64,000 bases of DNA from an uncultured Actinomycetota bacterium. GTDB lineage: Bacteria; Actinomycetota; Actinomycetes; Propionibacteriales; Nocardioidaceae. The stretch spans positions 74,963 to 138,962 of the forward strand of contig CAVPRA010000008.1 of the NCBI GenBank assembly GCA_963707685.1, read 5' to 3'. The translations under genes were made by a program, and so were the position numbers. Below the pieces are notes generated by a model. The model worked only from the letters and a program-made list of their open reading frames with translations, ran no database searches and was not told the DNA's origin. Positions 24,296-33,569 of this stretch are shown piece after piece; positions within the stretch are counted from its first letter, which is position 1, and each line of letters starts with the position of its first letter.

Positions 24296-25087
24296 TCAGT
24301 CGGCGAGGTCCACGACCACGGGCGCGTGGTCGCTGGCCCCGGTGCCCGCGCGCTCCTCGCGGTCGACCAGCGCGCCGGTCACCCGCTTCTCGAGGGCGGG
24401 CGAGCCGAGCACGAAGTCGATCCGCATCCCGCGGTTCCGCTCGAACCGCTGCCGGTAGTAGTCCCAGTAGGTGTAGACCTCCGGGTCCGGCTGGTGCGGC
24501 CGCACGACGTCCGCGTACCCCGCGTCCACCACCGCCTGGAAGGCCGCCCGCTCCGGCGGTGTCACGTGCGTGCTCTTCGCGAACTGCGCGATGTCGAAGA
24601 CGTCCTCGTCGCGGGGCGCGATGTTCCAGTCGCCGGTGAGGGCGACCGGGGCGTCGGGGTCCTCGGACAGCCACCCCGCCGCGGCGTCGCGCAGCGCGCC
24701 GAGCCAGGCCAGCTTGTAGTGGTAGTGCGGGTCGTCGGGCTTGCGGCCGTTCGGCACGTACAGCGACCACACCCGGACCCCGCCGCAGGTGGCGCCGACC
24801 GCCCGGGCCTCGGCGGCCACCGGGTCGCCCCAGCCGGGCATCGCGGGGAAGCCGCGCTCGACGTCCTCGAGCCCGACCCGGGAGACGATCGCGACGCCGT
24901 TCCACTGGTTGTGGCCGTAGGACGCGACCTCGTAGCCGAGCGCCTCGAGGCCCATGGTGGGCCACTGGTCGTCGCGGGCCTTGGTCTCCTGGAGGGCGAG
25001 GACGTCGACGTCCTGGCGCTGCACGAAGGCCTCGACGCGGGCGATCCGGGAGCGGACGGAGTTCACGTTCCAGGTGGCGAGGCGCAC
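24296..25087 (-). CDS. xth: Exodeoxyribonuclease III
   Basis: ATWNVNS, LQETK, YVPNG, GDWN, RIDF, SDHAP. Confidence 0.95.
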   Translation of the reverse strand: MRLATWNVNSVRSRIARVEAFVQRQDVDVLALQETKARDDQWPTMGLEALGYEVASYGHNQWNGVAIVSRVGLEDVERGFPAMPGWGDPVAAEARAVGATCGGVRVWSLYVPNGRKPDDPHYHYKLAWLGALRDAAAGWLSEDPDAPVALTGDWNIAPRDEDVFDIAQFAKSTHVTPPERAAFQAVVDAGYADVVRPHQPDPEVYTYWDYYRQRFERNRGMRIDFVLGSPALEKRVTGALVDREERAGTGASDHAPVVVDLAD

Positions 25088-25104
25088 CCTGCGACCCTAG
25101 ACGG

Positions 25105-25332
25105 TCAGGACGCGGACCGACGTACGTCGCGGGCCGCGAGCCAGGTCTCGAAGCGGCCCTCGGGCGTCTCCAGGTAGGACGCGACGAGCCGGTCGAGCCA
25201 GGCGATCTCGTGACGCAGCCCGAACATCCGGTACTCCAGCAGCTGGTCGGGGTGGCAGGTGTGCGGCGTGGTGTCGGAGCGGTCGACCGACGCGCCGCAC
25301 TCGGGACACGGCATGAAGCGGGATGCGAACAA
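25105..25332 (-). CDS. Small CxxC...HxC (zinc-ribbon-like) protein, paralog A
   Basis: MFASRFMPCPECG...HTC; TTG start with upstream GGAGG; aligns to 25911-26156. Confidence 0.7.
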   Translation of the reverse strand: MFASRFMPCPECGASVDRSDTTPHTCHPDQLLEYRMFGLRHEIAWLDRLVASYLETPEGRFETWLAARDVRRSAS

Positions 25333-25449
25333 TTTCCGAAACCTCCGAAGGGCACGATTCCCGGGCCCGGAGGAGCCCAAACTGGCCATTGCCGGTGGGC
25401 TGGGCCGGTCCTACGCTGCGGACGGGTAGGTGCCGGAGCGGAGGCTCAC

Positions 25450-25893
25450 ATGGCAGACAACATCACCCTTCTCCGAGATCTGTACGACGCCTGGAACGAA
25501 CGCGACTTCGACCGGCAGGCCGAGGCCATGGCGCCGGAGGGGTCGATCGTCGTGGTCGGCACCGGCGACGTCTTCACCGGGCCGGAGGGCTCCCGGGCCT
25601 ACAGCTCGAACTGGGCCAACGGGTTCCCGGACGGCCGGATCACGATCGACAAGATGGTGGCCGACGGCGACACGGTCGTGGTCGAGTTCACCGGACGCGG
25701 CACGCACACCGGGACGCTCGAGACGTCGATGGGCGCCATCGAGCCGACCGGCCGGTCCGTCACCATCAAGCTCTGCGACGTCGTCGAGCTCTCCGACGGC
25801 AAGGTGACGACGCAGCGCAGCTACTTCGACACCGGTTCCATGATGGCGCAGCTCGGGCTGATGCCGGACGTGGCGACGACCACCCAGCAGTAG
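25450..25893 (+). CDS. SnoaL-like ester cyclase / NTF2-fold protein
   Basis: FPDGRITI, GDTVVVEFTGRGTHTG, RSYFDTGSMMAQLG. Confidence 0.85.
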   Translation: MADNITLLRDLYDAWNERDFDRQAEAMAPEGSIVVVGTGDVFTGPEGSRAYSSNWANGFPDGRITIDKMVADGDTVVVEFTGRGTHTGTLETSMGAIEPTGRSVTIKLCDVVELSDGKVTTQRSYFDTGSMMAQLGLMPDVATTTQQ

Positions 25894-25910
25894 GACCTAG
25901 ACACAGGCAC

Positions 25911-26156
25911 CTACCCGCCTGCTGCTCCTGGCCCGCCCGTCTTGCGCACCTGCCGCACGGCCGACCACCGGTCCCGCCGACCCTCGGGCGAGGCGAGCCA
26001 CTGCCGCCACTGCGGCTCGAGGAGGTCCAGCTCGCCGCGCAGCGCCACCATGCACTCGTCGAGCAGCCGCTCGGTGTCGCAGACGTGCGCGACCGGGGAG
26101 CCGCGGTCCAGGGACACTCCACACGTCGGGCACGGCGCGAACCTCGGCATGAACAC
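25911..26156 (-). CDS. Small CxxC...HxC (zinc-ribbon-like) protein, paralog B
   Basis: MFMPRFAPCPTCG...HVC; GTG start after GGAGG; tail of ORF 25911..27776. Confidence 0.65.
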   Translation of the reverse strand: MFMPRFAPCPTCGVSLDRGSPVAHVCDTERLLDECMVALRGELDLLEPQWRQWLASPEGRRDRWSAVRQVRKTGGPGAAGG

Positions 26157-26246
26157 GTGGGCCTCCTCCCCCCAGGAGTTGCCCGTTCGGCCCGGACGAA
26201 ACAGCCGATTCGGCCGGGGCTCCCGGCGCCCGTAGACTCGCCGCCC

Positions 26247-27323
26247 GTGGCACTCACCATCGGAATCGTCGGGCTCCCCAACGCGGGCAAGTCGACGCTG
26301 TTCAACGCGCTGACCAAGAACGACGTGCTGGCCGCGAACTACCCGTTCGCGACGATCGAGCCCAACGTCGGGGTGGTCGGCGTGCCCGAGCCGCGGCTCG
26401 GGAAGCTCGCGGAGCTGTTCTCCTCGGCCAAGGTGCTCCCCGCCACCGTGGAGTTCGTGGACATCGCCGGCATCGTCCGGGGCGCGTCCGAGGGCGAGGG
26501 GCTCGGCAACAAGTTCCTCTCGCACATCCGCGAGTCGGCCGCGATCTGCCAGGTCACCCGGGTCTTCCGCGACGAGGACGTCACCCACGTCGACGGCGAG
26601 GTGAACCCGGCCAGCGACATCTCCACCATCCAGACCGAGATGATCCTGGCCGACCTGCAGACCGTCGAGAAGGCGGTGCCGCGGCTGGAGAAGGAGGCCC
26701 GGGGCCGCAAGGAGGTCGCTCCCGTGCTGGCGGCCGCCAAGGAGGCGCTCGCCGCCCTCGAGGCCGGCACCCCGATCATCGCCACCGACATCGACCGGGC
26801 GCTGGTCCGCGAGCTGTCGCTGCTCACCGCGAAGCCCTACATCTACGTCTTCAACTGCGACGCCGACGAGCTCGGCGACGAGGAGCTCAAGGAGCGGATG
26901 CGCGACATCGTCGCGCCGTCCGAGGCGATCTTCCTCGACGCGAAGTTCGAGGCCGAGCTGGTCGAGCTCGGCGACGACGACGAGGCCCGCGAGATGCTCG
27001 AGGAGATGGGCGTCGACGAGCCGGGGCTCGACGTGCTCGCCCGGGTCGGCTTCGACACCCTCGGCCTGCAGACCTACCTGACGGCCGGCCCCAAGGAGTC
27101 GCGGGCCTGGACGATCCCGAAGGGCGCCACCGCCCCGGAGGCCGCGGGCGTGATCCACACCGACTTCCAGCGCGGCTTCATCAAGGCCGAGATCGTGTCG
27201 TACGACGACCTGGTCGCCGCCGGCTCCATGACCGCCGCGAAGTCGGCCGGCAAGGTGCGCATGGAGGGCAAGGACTACGTCATGCAGGACGGCGACGTCG
27301 TGGAGTTCCGCTTCAACGTCTGA
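26247..27323 (+). CDS. ychF: Ribosome-binding ATPase YchF
   Basis: GIVGLPNAGKSTLFNAL, NYPFATIEPN, DIAGIV, GDVVEFRFNV. Confidence 0.98.
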   Translation: MALTIGIVGLPNAGKSTLFNALTKNDVLAANYPFATIEPNVGVVGVPEPRLGKLAELFSSAKVLPATVEFVDIAGIVRGASEGEGLGNKFLSHIRESAAICQVTRVFRDEDVTHVDGEVNPASDISTIQTEMILADLQTVEKAVPRLEKEARGRKEVAPVLAAAKEALAALEAGTPIIATDIDRALVRELSLLTAKPYIYVFNCDADELGDEELKERMRDIVAPSEAIFLDAKFEAELVELGDDDEAREMLEEMGVDEPGLDVLARVGFDTLGLQTYLTAGPKESRAWTIPKGATAPEAAGVIHTDFQRGFIKAEIVSYDDLVAAGSMTAAKSAGKVRMEGKDYVMQDGDVVEFRFNV

Positions 27324-27895
27324 GCCCGCTCTACGGCAGCGGGGAAGTCCTGCGGGGCTGCTTCGCCGGTCCTGCCGTCGACCGCCTCGCGGAGGAGGTC
27401 GGCGTGGCCGGTGTGGCGTGCGTACTCCTCGATCAGGTCGACCAGCAACCGGCGCAGGCTCATCCCGGCGTGCGTCGGCTGGTCGAGGCCACCGTTCGAC
27501 AGCGCGTCGGTGAGTGAGGTTCGGGAGCGGTGCACCGCGTCGACCCACAGCCCGCGCAGGGTCGCCGGGGTGTCGTCGGTCGCGGTGCGCCACGGCCACT
27601 CCTCCCAGTCGGTCTCGAGATCGAGCGTGTCGAACGGCGCCATGACCGGCCGGCCCGCCAGGCGGTGCTGGAAGTAGAGCTCCTCGACCCAGGCCAGGTG
27701 CTTGAGCAGCCCACCCAACGTCACCGACGAGGGAGCGAGGCGCAGGGCCATGCCGTCGGCGTCGACGTCGGCGCACTTCCAGCCGAACGTCAGCCGGTTG
27801 CGCTCCAGGGTGATCAGAGCGGTGTCGACCTCGTCACCGTGAAGGAACCTCTCGACGTCCCACTCGGGCGGCTGGCCGGCGGTGAAGGCACGCAT
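27275..27895 (-). CDS. DinB/DUF664 family protein
   Basis: TLGGLLKHLAWVE, IEEYARHTGHADLLRE; 3' end overlaps ychF by 49 bp. Confidence 0.85.
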   Translation of the reverse strand: MRAFTAGQPPEWDVERFLHGDEVDTALITLERNRLTFGWKCADVDADGMALRLAPSSVTLGGLLKHLAWVEELYFQHRLAGRPVMAPFDTLDLETDWEEWPWRTATDDTPATLRGLWVDAVHRSRTSLTDALSNGGLDQPTHAGMSLRRLLVDLIEEYARHTGHADLLREAVDGRTGEAAPQDFPAAVERAQTLKRNSTTSPSCMT

Positions 27896-28003
27896 GCCGC
27901 ATCGTAGGCGCGCTCCACGCCTCCGCACCAGGACCAACGCCCTGGTCGGCGACTGCCGTGAGCGACACCCTGGGAATGACCACCCGAACGGGACCGAGGA
28001 GAT

Positions 28004-28270
28004 GTGCGAGATAGCAGCCGTCGGCCGGTCGCGGCGGTCCTCCTGCTCGTCGCCGCGGTCCTCCTCGCGAGCGGGGTCGGCGCGGCCGGCTCGTGGATCG
28101 GTGTGATCACGATCGGGATCGCCCTCGTTGCCGTCGACACGCACCACCGCCGCCGAGCACGACCTCACGCTGAGACGCCGCTGCCCACGTGCGCGGTGCT
28201 CGTGGCCGGGAGGTCACCATGTCGGTCGAGAAGGGGCAGGTGCCACGCGACGCACGCCCGACCGGGCTGA
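28004..28270 (+). CDS. Possible small two-TM membrane protein
   Basis: GAGGAG upstream; two hydrophobic segments; 3' end uncertain. Confidence 0.35.
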   Translation: MRDSSRRPVAAVLLLVAAVLLASGVGAAGSWIGVITIGIALVAVDTHHRRRARPHAETPLPTCAVLVAGRSPCRSRRGRCHATHARPG

Positions 28271-28873
28271 CAGCGATCGGTCCGCCAGGCACTGCGCCTG
28301 CGGACTCGTCTACACGTTGCTCTACGTCACGACGCGATCGCGGCGACGCTCTACGACGGCTCAGCCGGACGTCGCAAGCCGTCAGTGAGCTCTCCGCGGT
28401 CGGTGTGCGCCCGGCCGTTCCTCATGACGGTCGGTCCGGTCTTCTCGTTGCGATCGGGTTCGGGGTGACGTTGGCAGTCGGCGCCAAGGCACCGGGTCGC
28501 CGGTGCGATGTGAGGGCCATGAGCTTCCTCGGTGTTCGCCCCATGTCCCGGCGGGAGGTGATCGCCGCGGGTGGGCACGTCGGCCGACACTATGCACCTG
28601 GTCCTGGCCGCTGGGACCGGCCTCTTCGTGGCGGCCTACGTGGCGGTCTTCGCGATCGGGTTCGGGTCGGTCTTCCGGGTCTACTCGGTGCTCACGCTGG
28701 CTGTCGCCCTGGTGTTCGGACGGCTCAGCGCCCAGGTCGACAAGATCCAGGCCGGCGACCCCACCCCGTACCTGGGGCTGCTGGAACGGATCGGGATCGG
28801 GGCCTGGCTGCTCTGGATGGCCGTCGCGAGCGTCATGCTGCTGCGGAGGAGCCGCGCCGAGCACAGCGCCTGA
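28219..28873 (+). pseudogene. Degenerate DUF998-like membrane protein
   Basis: Fragments in different frames: CGLVYTLLYV, SRTSQAVSELSAVG, HLVL, YLGLLERIGIGAWLLWMAV. Confidence 0.55.
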
Positions 28874-28906
28874 ACGCGGCGTCCAGGGCGCCGCGACAAC
28901 TCGGCC

Positions 28907-29971
28907 TCAACGCGCCGGGGCCGGCACCTCGGCCAGGTGCTCGATCAGGACGACGGCGAGGTCGTCCTCCAGCCGGCCTCCAGGGACGTACGTCGAGACC
29001 GCGGCGGCCACCTCGCCGATGACCATGTCCACGGGTCCCGACCGGAGCCGCTCTCCCAGGGAGGGGACCGGAAAGAACTCGCCGGCGCGGTTGCGGGCCT
29101 CGCTCAGGCCGTCGGTGAACATCAGCAGCCGGTCGCCGGGGTGCCACGGGACGGTCGCCTCGGCGTACCCGTCCACGCCGAGGCCGAGGCCCAGCGGCAG
29201 CCCGTGCGGCAGGTCGAGCCAGCTCGCGTCGACCGGTCCCAGCAGCCGCGGGCTGGGATGTCCGGCGGCGACGACCCGGAGCTCGCCGGGCCGGGTCACG
29301 TCCACGAGCAGGGCCGTGACGAACTCCTCCGCGGTGAAGAAGCCCGCGAGGTAGTCGTCCATCTCCCGGGCGACCTCGGTGAGGGTCGAGCAGCGGGCGG
29401 CGGACTGGCGGAACGCCCGGATGACGCGGGCCGCCTGCTCCACGCCGGTGATGCCCTTGCCTCGGACGTCCCCGACGACGAGCCGGACGCGGTCCCCGGA
29501 CTGGTAGCAGTCGTAGAGGTCACCGCCCACCAGGGCGCCCCGGGCGGCGGACTGGTAGAGCGCGGCGATGGCGACGTGGCCCGCCCGCGCCGGGAGAGCT
29601 GGGAGGATGGCGCGCTGGGCCACCTGCGCGATCTGCGACATCTCGGCGAACTGGTGCTCGCGGTGGACCCGCACCGCCGCGATCACCACGGCCGTGCCGC
29701 CGACCAGCAGGACGTTGAGCACGCGGACGGTGTGCTGCGGGGTCCACAGCGTGTCGTTCCACACGCCCGAGGCGACGGCGGCGGAGAGCGCGACGACCGC
29801 GAAGCCGGCGGTGCCCCACGCCGGCACCACCGCGCACGCGATCAGCGGCACCAGCCCGAACAGCGCCGTGAGCACGGCGTAGTCCGGCGGGATCATCAGG
29901 TCGAGGACGACCAGCAGCCCCAGCATGAGCGCAGCGAGAGCCGCCCCCACCACCTGGGCCCTGTCCTGCAT
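28907..29971 (-). CDS. Membrane-bound PP2C/SpoIIE-type Ser/Thr phosphatase
   Basis: N-terminal TMs; AQRAILP, GGDLYD, GDVRGKG, AGHP, FTDGLSE, EDD. Confidence 0.9.
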   Translation of the reverse strand: MQDRAQVVGAALAALMLGLLVVLDLMIPPDYAVLTALFGLVPLIACAVVPAWGTAGFAVVALSAAVASGVWNDTLWTPQHTVRVLNVLLVGGTAVVIAAVRVHREHQFAEMSQIAQVAQRAILPALPARAGHVAIAALYQSAARGALVGGDLYDCYQSGDRVRLVVGDVRGKGITGVEQAARVIRAFRQSAARCSTLTEVAREMDDYLAGFFTAEEFVTALLVDVTRPGELRVVAAGHPSPRLLGPVDASWLDLPHGLPLGLGLGVDGYAEATVPWHPGDRLLMFTDGLSEARNRAGEFFPVPSLGERLRSGPVDMVIGEVAAAVSTYVPGGRLEDDLAVVLIEHLAEVPAPAR

Positions 29972-30171
29972 GATCAGCAGCCTGTCGTCAGCGTCCTCGC
30001 GGTCCTGAGAGCCGGGACGACGGCGCCCACCCGCGGACCCGGGGACCGGAGGCGACGCGGGCTTCCACGCTACTCCGGGACGGTCGCGCCTCGCACAGCC
30101 GTCGCACAGGGAGTTTGGCTCGTGCAAGAACGGTGAGAGGAAGGGCCCACCGTCCGCACCCGGAGGCACCG

Positions 30172-30594
30172 ATGACCACGTCCACGACCGACCGCGCCAC
30201 GCCCGTGACCCGGACCGGCAGCCCCGTGTACGGCGCGCTGATCGGGCTGACGTCCCTGGTGGTCCTGCTGCAGGGACTGTGGGCCGGGATCTTCCTCGAG
30301 CGCGACGGCGAGCGGGACGCGGCCTCGAGCTGGATCGACGTCCACGCCCGCGGCGCCGACCTAGCGATCCTGCTGGGCGTGCTCGCCACCGTCTACGCCT
30401 TCTGGAAGCTCCGGGCGCGCACGGACCTGTGGGTCGGCAGCCTGGTCTTCACGGTGCTGCTGGTGCTCGAGGCCTACCTCGGCGGACTGATCCGCGACGA
30501 CGGCCAGGACACCCTGACCGCGGTCCACGTGCCCCTCGCCATGGCCTTGATGGGTCTGGCAGTGTGGTTGCCGCTGCGCGCCCGGCGCGGCTGA
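30172..30594 (+). CDS. Four-TM membrane protein with His residues
   Basis: GGAGG RBS; [16 protein letters not shown]. Confidence 0.7.
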   Translation: MTTSTTDRATPVTRTGSPVYGALIGLTSLVVLLQGLWAGIFLERDGERDAASSWIDVHARGADLAILLGVLATVYAFWKLRARTDLWVGSLVFTVLLVLEAYLGGLIRDDGQDTLTAVHVPLAMALMGLAVWLPLRARRG

Positions 30595-30613
30595 CGGCAC
30601 CGCAGGAGGACCC

Positions 30614-31480
30614 GTGGAGCACCGACGACTCGGCCGCACCGGTCACCAGAGCTCGGCCCTCGTGTACGGCGCCGCGGCGCTGTCCGACGTCGACCAGGAC
30701 ACCGCCGACGCCTCGGTGCAGGAGGCGCTCGACGCCGGCATCAACCACTTCGACGTGGCCGCGGGCTACGGCGACGCCGAGCTGCGGCTCGGTCCGTGGA
30801 TGCCGCGCATCCGCGACGACATCTTCCTGGCGACCAAGACGGGGGACCGTGACCGCGAGGGCGCCTGGGCGTCGATCAACAGCTCGCTCGAGCGGCTGCA
30901 GACCGACCGGGTCGACCTGATCCAGCTGCACGCCGTCGGTGACCTCGAGGAGCTGGACAAGGTCACCGGTCCCGGCGGCGCGCTCGAGGCGGCGCTGCAG
31001 GCGCAGGACGAGGGCCTGGTGACCCACGTGGGCATCACCGGCCACGGCCACCAGGCGCCGAGCACCCACCTGGAGGCGCTGCGCCGCCACCCGTTCGCCA
31101 CCGTGCTGACACCGTTGAACGCCGCGCTGTGGCAGCGCCCCGACTACCGCGCGGACTACGAGGCGCTGGTGGCCGAGGTGCAGCGGCAGGACGTCGGGCT
31201 GATGACCATCAAGACGGTCGCCCGTCGCAACTGGCCCGACCCGGACGACACGACGTACGCGACCTGGTACGAGCCCTACGACGAGGCCGAGAAGATCCGT
31301 GCCGGGGTCTCCTGGGTGCTGTCCCACCCCGAGCTCACCGGGCTCGCCACTCCCGGCGACGTCCGGCTGCTGCGCCACGTCGTCGCCGCCGAGCGGGACC
31401 GGATGGCCGTGGCCGACGCCGAGGCGCTGCTGGTGAACGACGAGACCTACTCCTCGCCGTTCATCGCGATGCCGATCTGA
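30614..31480 (+). CDS. Aldo/keto reductase
   Basis: [31 protein letters not shown]. Confidence 0.92.
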   Translation: MEHRRLGRTGHQSSALVYGAAALSDVDQDTADASVQEALDAGINHFDVAAGYGDAELRLGPWMPRIRDDIFLATKTGDRDREGAWASINSSLERLQTDRVDLIQLHAVGDLEELDKVTGPGGALEAALQAQDEGLVTHVGITGHGHQAPSTHLEALRRHPFATVLTPLNAALWQRPDYRADYEALVAEVQRQDVGLMTIKTVARRNWPDPDDTTYATWYEPYDEAEKIRAGVSWVLSHPELTGLATPGDVRLLRHVVAAERDRMAVADAEALLVNDETYSSPFIAMPI

Positions 31481-31492
31481 GGTCCACCGGGC

Positions 31493-31768
31493 CTAGGCGG
31501 CGACCGCAGGGCCGACGGCGGGGCCGCCGACGGCAGGCGGCGACGCCGGGTGCGGCACGGCCGACGGTGTGCCGGCGGCGCCGATCCTCGACGACGCGAC
31601 GGAGCTGAGCACCGACAGCAGCGTGGCCATGCCCGCCGTCGAGAGCGTGGTCAGCCACGCGACCTGCAGCAGCCCGATCTGGCCCGCGCTCAGCAGCGCG
31701 AGGAGCGACTGCGCGAACGACTTCACGGCGCGTTCCGCGGTCGACTGCCAGAAATACCGTCCGAACAT
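31493..31768 (-). CDS. r1t-type holin-like protein
   Basis: FWQSTAERAVKSFAQSLLALL...VAW...LLSVLSSVAS matches the actinophage r1t-holin pattern; GGGGAG RBS. Confidence 0.75.
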   Translation of the reverse strand: MFGRYFWQSTAERAVKSFAQSLLALLSAGQIGLLQVAWLTTLSTAGMATLLSVLSSVASSRIGAAGTPSAVPHPASPPAVGGPAVGPAVAA

Positions 31769-31937
31769 GACTCTCTCCCCTGGGTGTCGTGCTGGTTCCC
31801 CCGCACGTGTCAGGAGTCGGCAGCGTCGGTGCCTGATACCCCGCGGTCCGTTACGCCCGTGAAATGCCTGGACTTCGGCAGGTAATCCTCCGGTGATGGT
31901 CTGACCGGGTCCCGTTTCCCGCTGCCCAGGAGCCCGC

Positions 31938-32879
31938 ATGTCCTCACCGTCCCTCCACCCCTCCACGGCGTCGCGGTGCTGCAGCCCGGGGCCGGCCGGA
32001 CCCGCGGCCGCTACGTGCCCGCGAAGGCCGACGAGGTGCTGTGGGGCAGACTCCCCAACCGGGACACCACCCCCCGTGGCCGTGGTCTCCTCCGGCGACG
32101 TGGTCACGCTCGACACCGTCTCGCACGAAGGCGTGCTCGAGGACCAGGGCCAGGACCCTCGCCAGTTCTTCGAGTCGTACGGCGTCCGGGAGCGCAACGT
32201 GCTGCGTGACGCCATCGCCGTCGCGGCCCGCACGGAGCACGACGGCCCCGGGCCGCACGTGATCACCGGGCCGGTCGCCGTACGCGGCGCGGAGCCGGGG
32301 GACGTCCTCAAGATCGAGGTGCTCGACCTGCCGCTGCGGGTGCCCTACGGCGTGATCTCCAACCGGCACGGGAAGGGCGCGCTGCCGGGGGAGTACCCCG
32401 AGCAGTTCGAGGGGGTGCCCGAGAACCGGCCGTACTTCAACGAGGGCGGCAACATCAGCGTCTTCGCCGCCGTGGACCGCGAGCGCGGCCGGCTGCGTGG
32501 CCGGCTGCCGGGCGACGTGCCGGCAGGCTTCGACCTGCGACCGTTCATGGGCGTGATGGGCGTCGCGCGCGACACCTCGCAGCTCGTCGACTCGGTGCCG
32601 CCGACCGACGCCGGCGGCAACATCGACATCAACGACCTGACCCTGGGGTCGACGCTCTACCTGCCGGTGCAGGTGCCGGGCGCGATGTTCTTCAGCGGCG
32701 ACCCGCACCTGGTGCAGGGCGACGGCGAGGTGGCGCTCACCGAGGACGTCGGGATGGCCGGCCCGGTGGCCTACGCGTACCTCTCCGCGGCCGCCGACTT
32801 CCAGTGCTCACAGGTCGTCGACCGGACCACCGGCATCCACGCGCTGGTGCGCAAGGTCGACCTGCCGCGGAGGTCGTAG
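31938..32879 (+). pseudogene. Acetamidase/formamidase family, frameshifted and internally deleted
   Basis: DTVSHEG, GPHVITGPV, PFMGVMG, GGNID, DPHLVQGDGEV then an abrupt jump to AYAYLS. Confidence 0.75.
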
Positions 32880-32957
32880 TACCAACGTTCGATGGTGGAC
32901 CGCACCTCGTCCCCGGGATAAAGGACGCACCACATCCCGATCCAAGAGGTGAGCACC

Positions 32958-33521
32958 ATGAAGAAGATCGCCGTCCTGGCCACCGCGTCCGTGCTGGCGG
33001 TCGGCGGGTCGACCGCGGCCTACGCCTACGCCGCGTCGACCCCCGACCCCGCGCCCGCCGTCCCCAGCCGCGCCGTGCTCGGCGGGGAGACGAGCGGCAT
33101 CTCCAGCCCGTCCTTCGTGCGCACCAGCACCGGTGTCCGACCGGTCAAGCCGTCCGCGTCCGCCGAGCACCACCACCGCGGCCGGCACGGCGGGCACGGC
33201 CGCGACCACGCGGAGGACGACGCGACCGCCGTGGCTCCCCGGACCGCGTCGGCCACCGCGACGCACGAGGTCCGCCGCGAGGACCGCCGCGAGGACCGCC
33301 GTGCGGCGGAGCCGGGCGACGACCACGGCACGCACGCCGAGCCGGGTGACGACCACGGCGGTCGTGAGGCGGAGCCGGGCGATGACCACGGTGGTCGTGA
33401 GGCCGAGCCGGGCGACGACCACGGCGGTCGTGAGGCGGAGCCGGGCGACGACCACGGGAGCCACACCGAGTCGGGCGACGACCACGGCGGCCGCCACGGG
33501 GGCCACGGGTCGGACGACTGA
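32958..33521 (+). CDS. Secreted His/Asp-rich repeat protein
   Basis: MKKIAVLATASVLAVGGSTAAYA signal; six E(P/S)GDDHG units. Confidence 0.75.
   Translation: MKKIAVLATASVLAVGGSTAAYAYAASTPDPAPAVPSRAVLGGETSGISSPSFVRTSTGVRPVKPSASAEHHHRGRHGGHGRDHAEDDATAVAPRTASATATHEVRREDRREDRRAAEPGDDHGTHAEPGDDHGGREAEPGDDHGGREAEPGDDHGGREAEPGDDHGSHTESGDDHGGRHGGHGSDD
33306..33518 (+). repeat. 30-33 bp coding tandem repeat (AEPGDDHG[GRE/TH/SH])
   Basis: Repeated GAGCCGGGCGACGACCACGG with synonymous variation. Confidence 0.9.
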
Positions 33522-33569
33522 CCGACCCGATGCGGGGACCGGGGAACGGTCGGGGACGATGGGGCGGAC

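Noticed and set aside
33306-33518. Regularly spaced ~20-bp repeats resembling a CRISPR array
   Set aside because: Period is 30-33 bp, in frame, with synonymous variation, no unique spacers and no cas genes; it is a protein repeat.
31493-33521. Prophage around the holin
   Set aside because: No integrase, terminase, capsid, tail or endolysin genes recognised.
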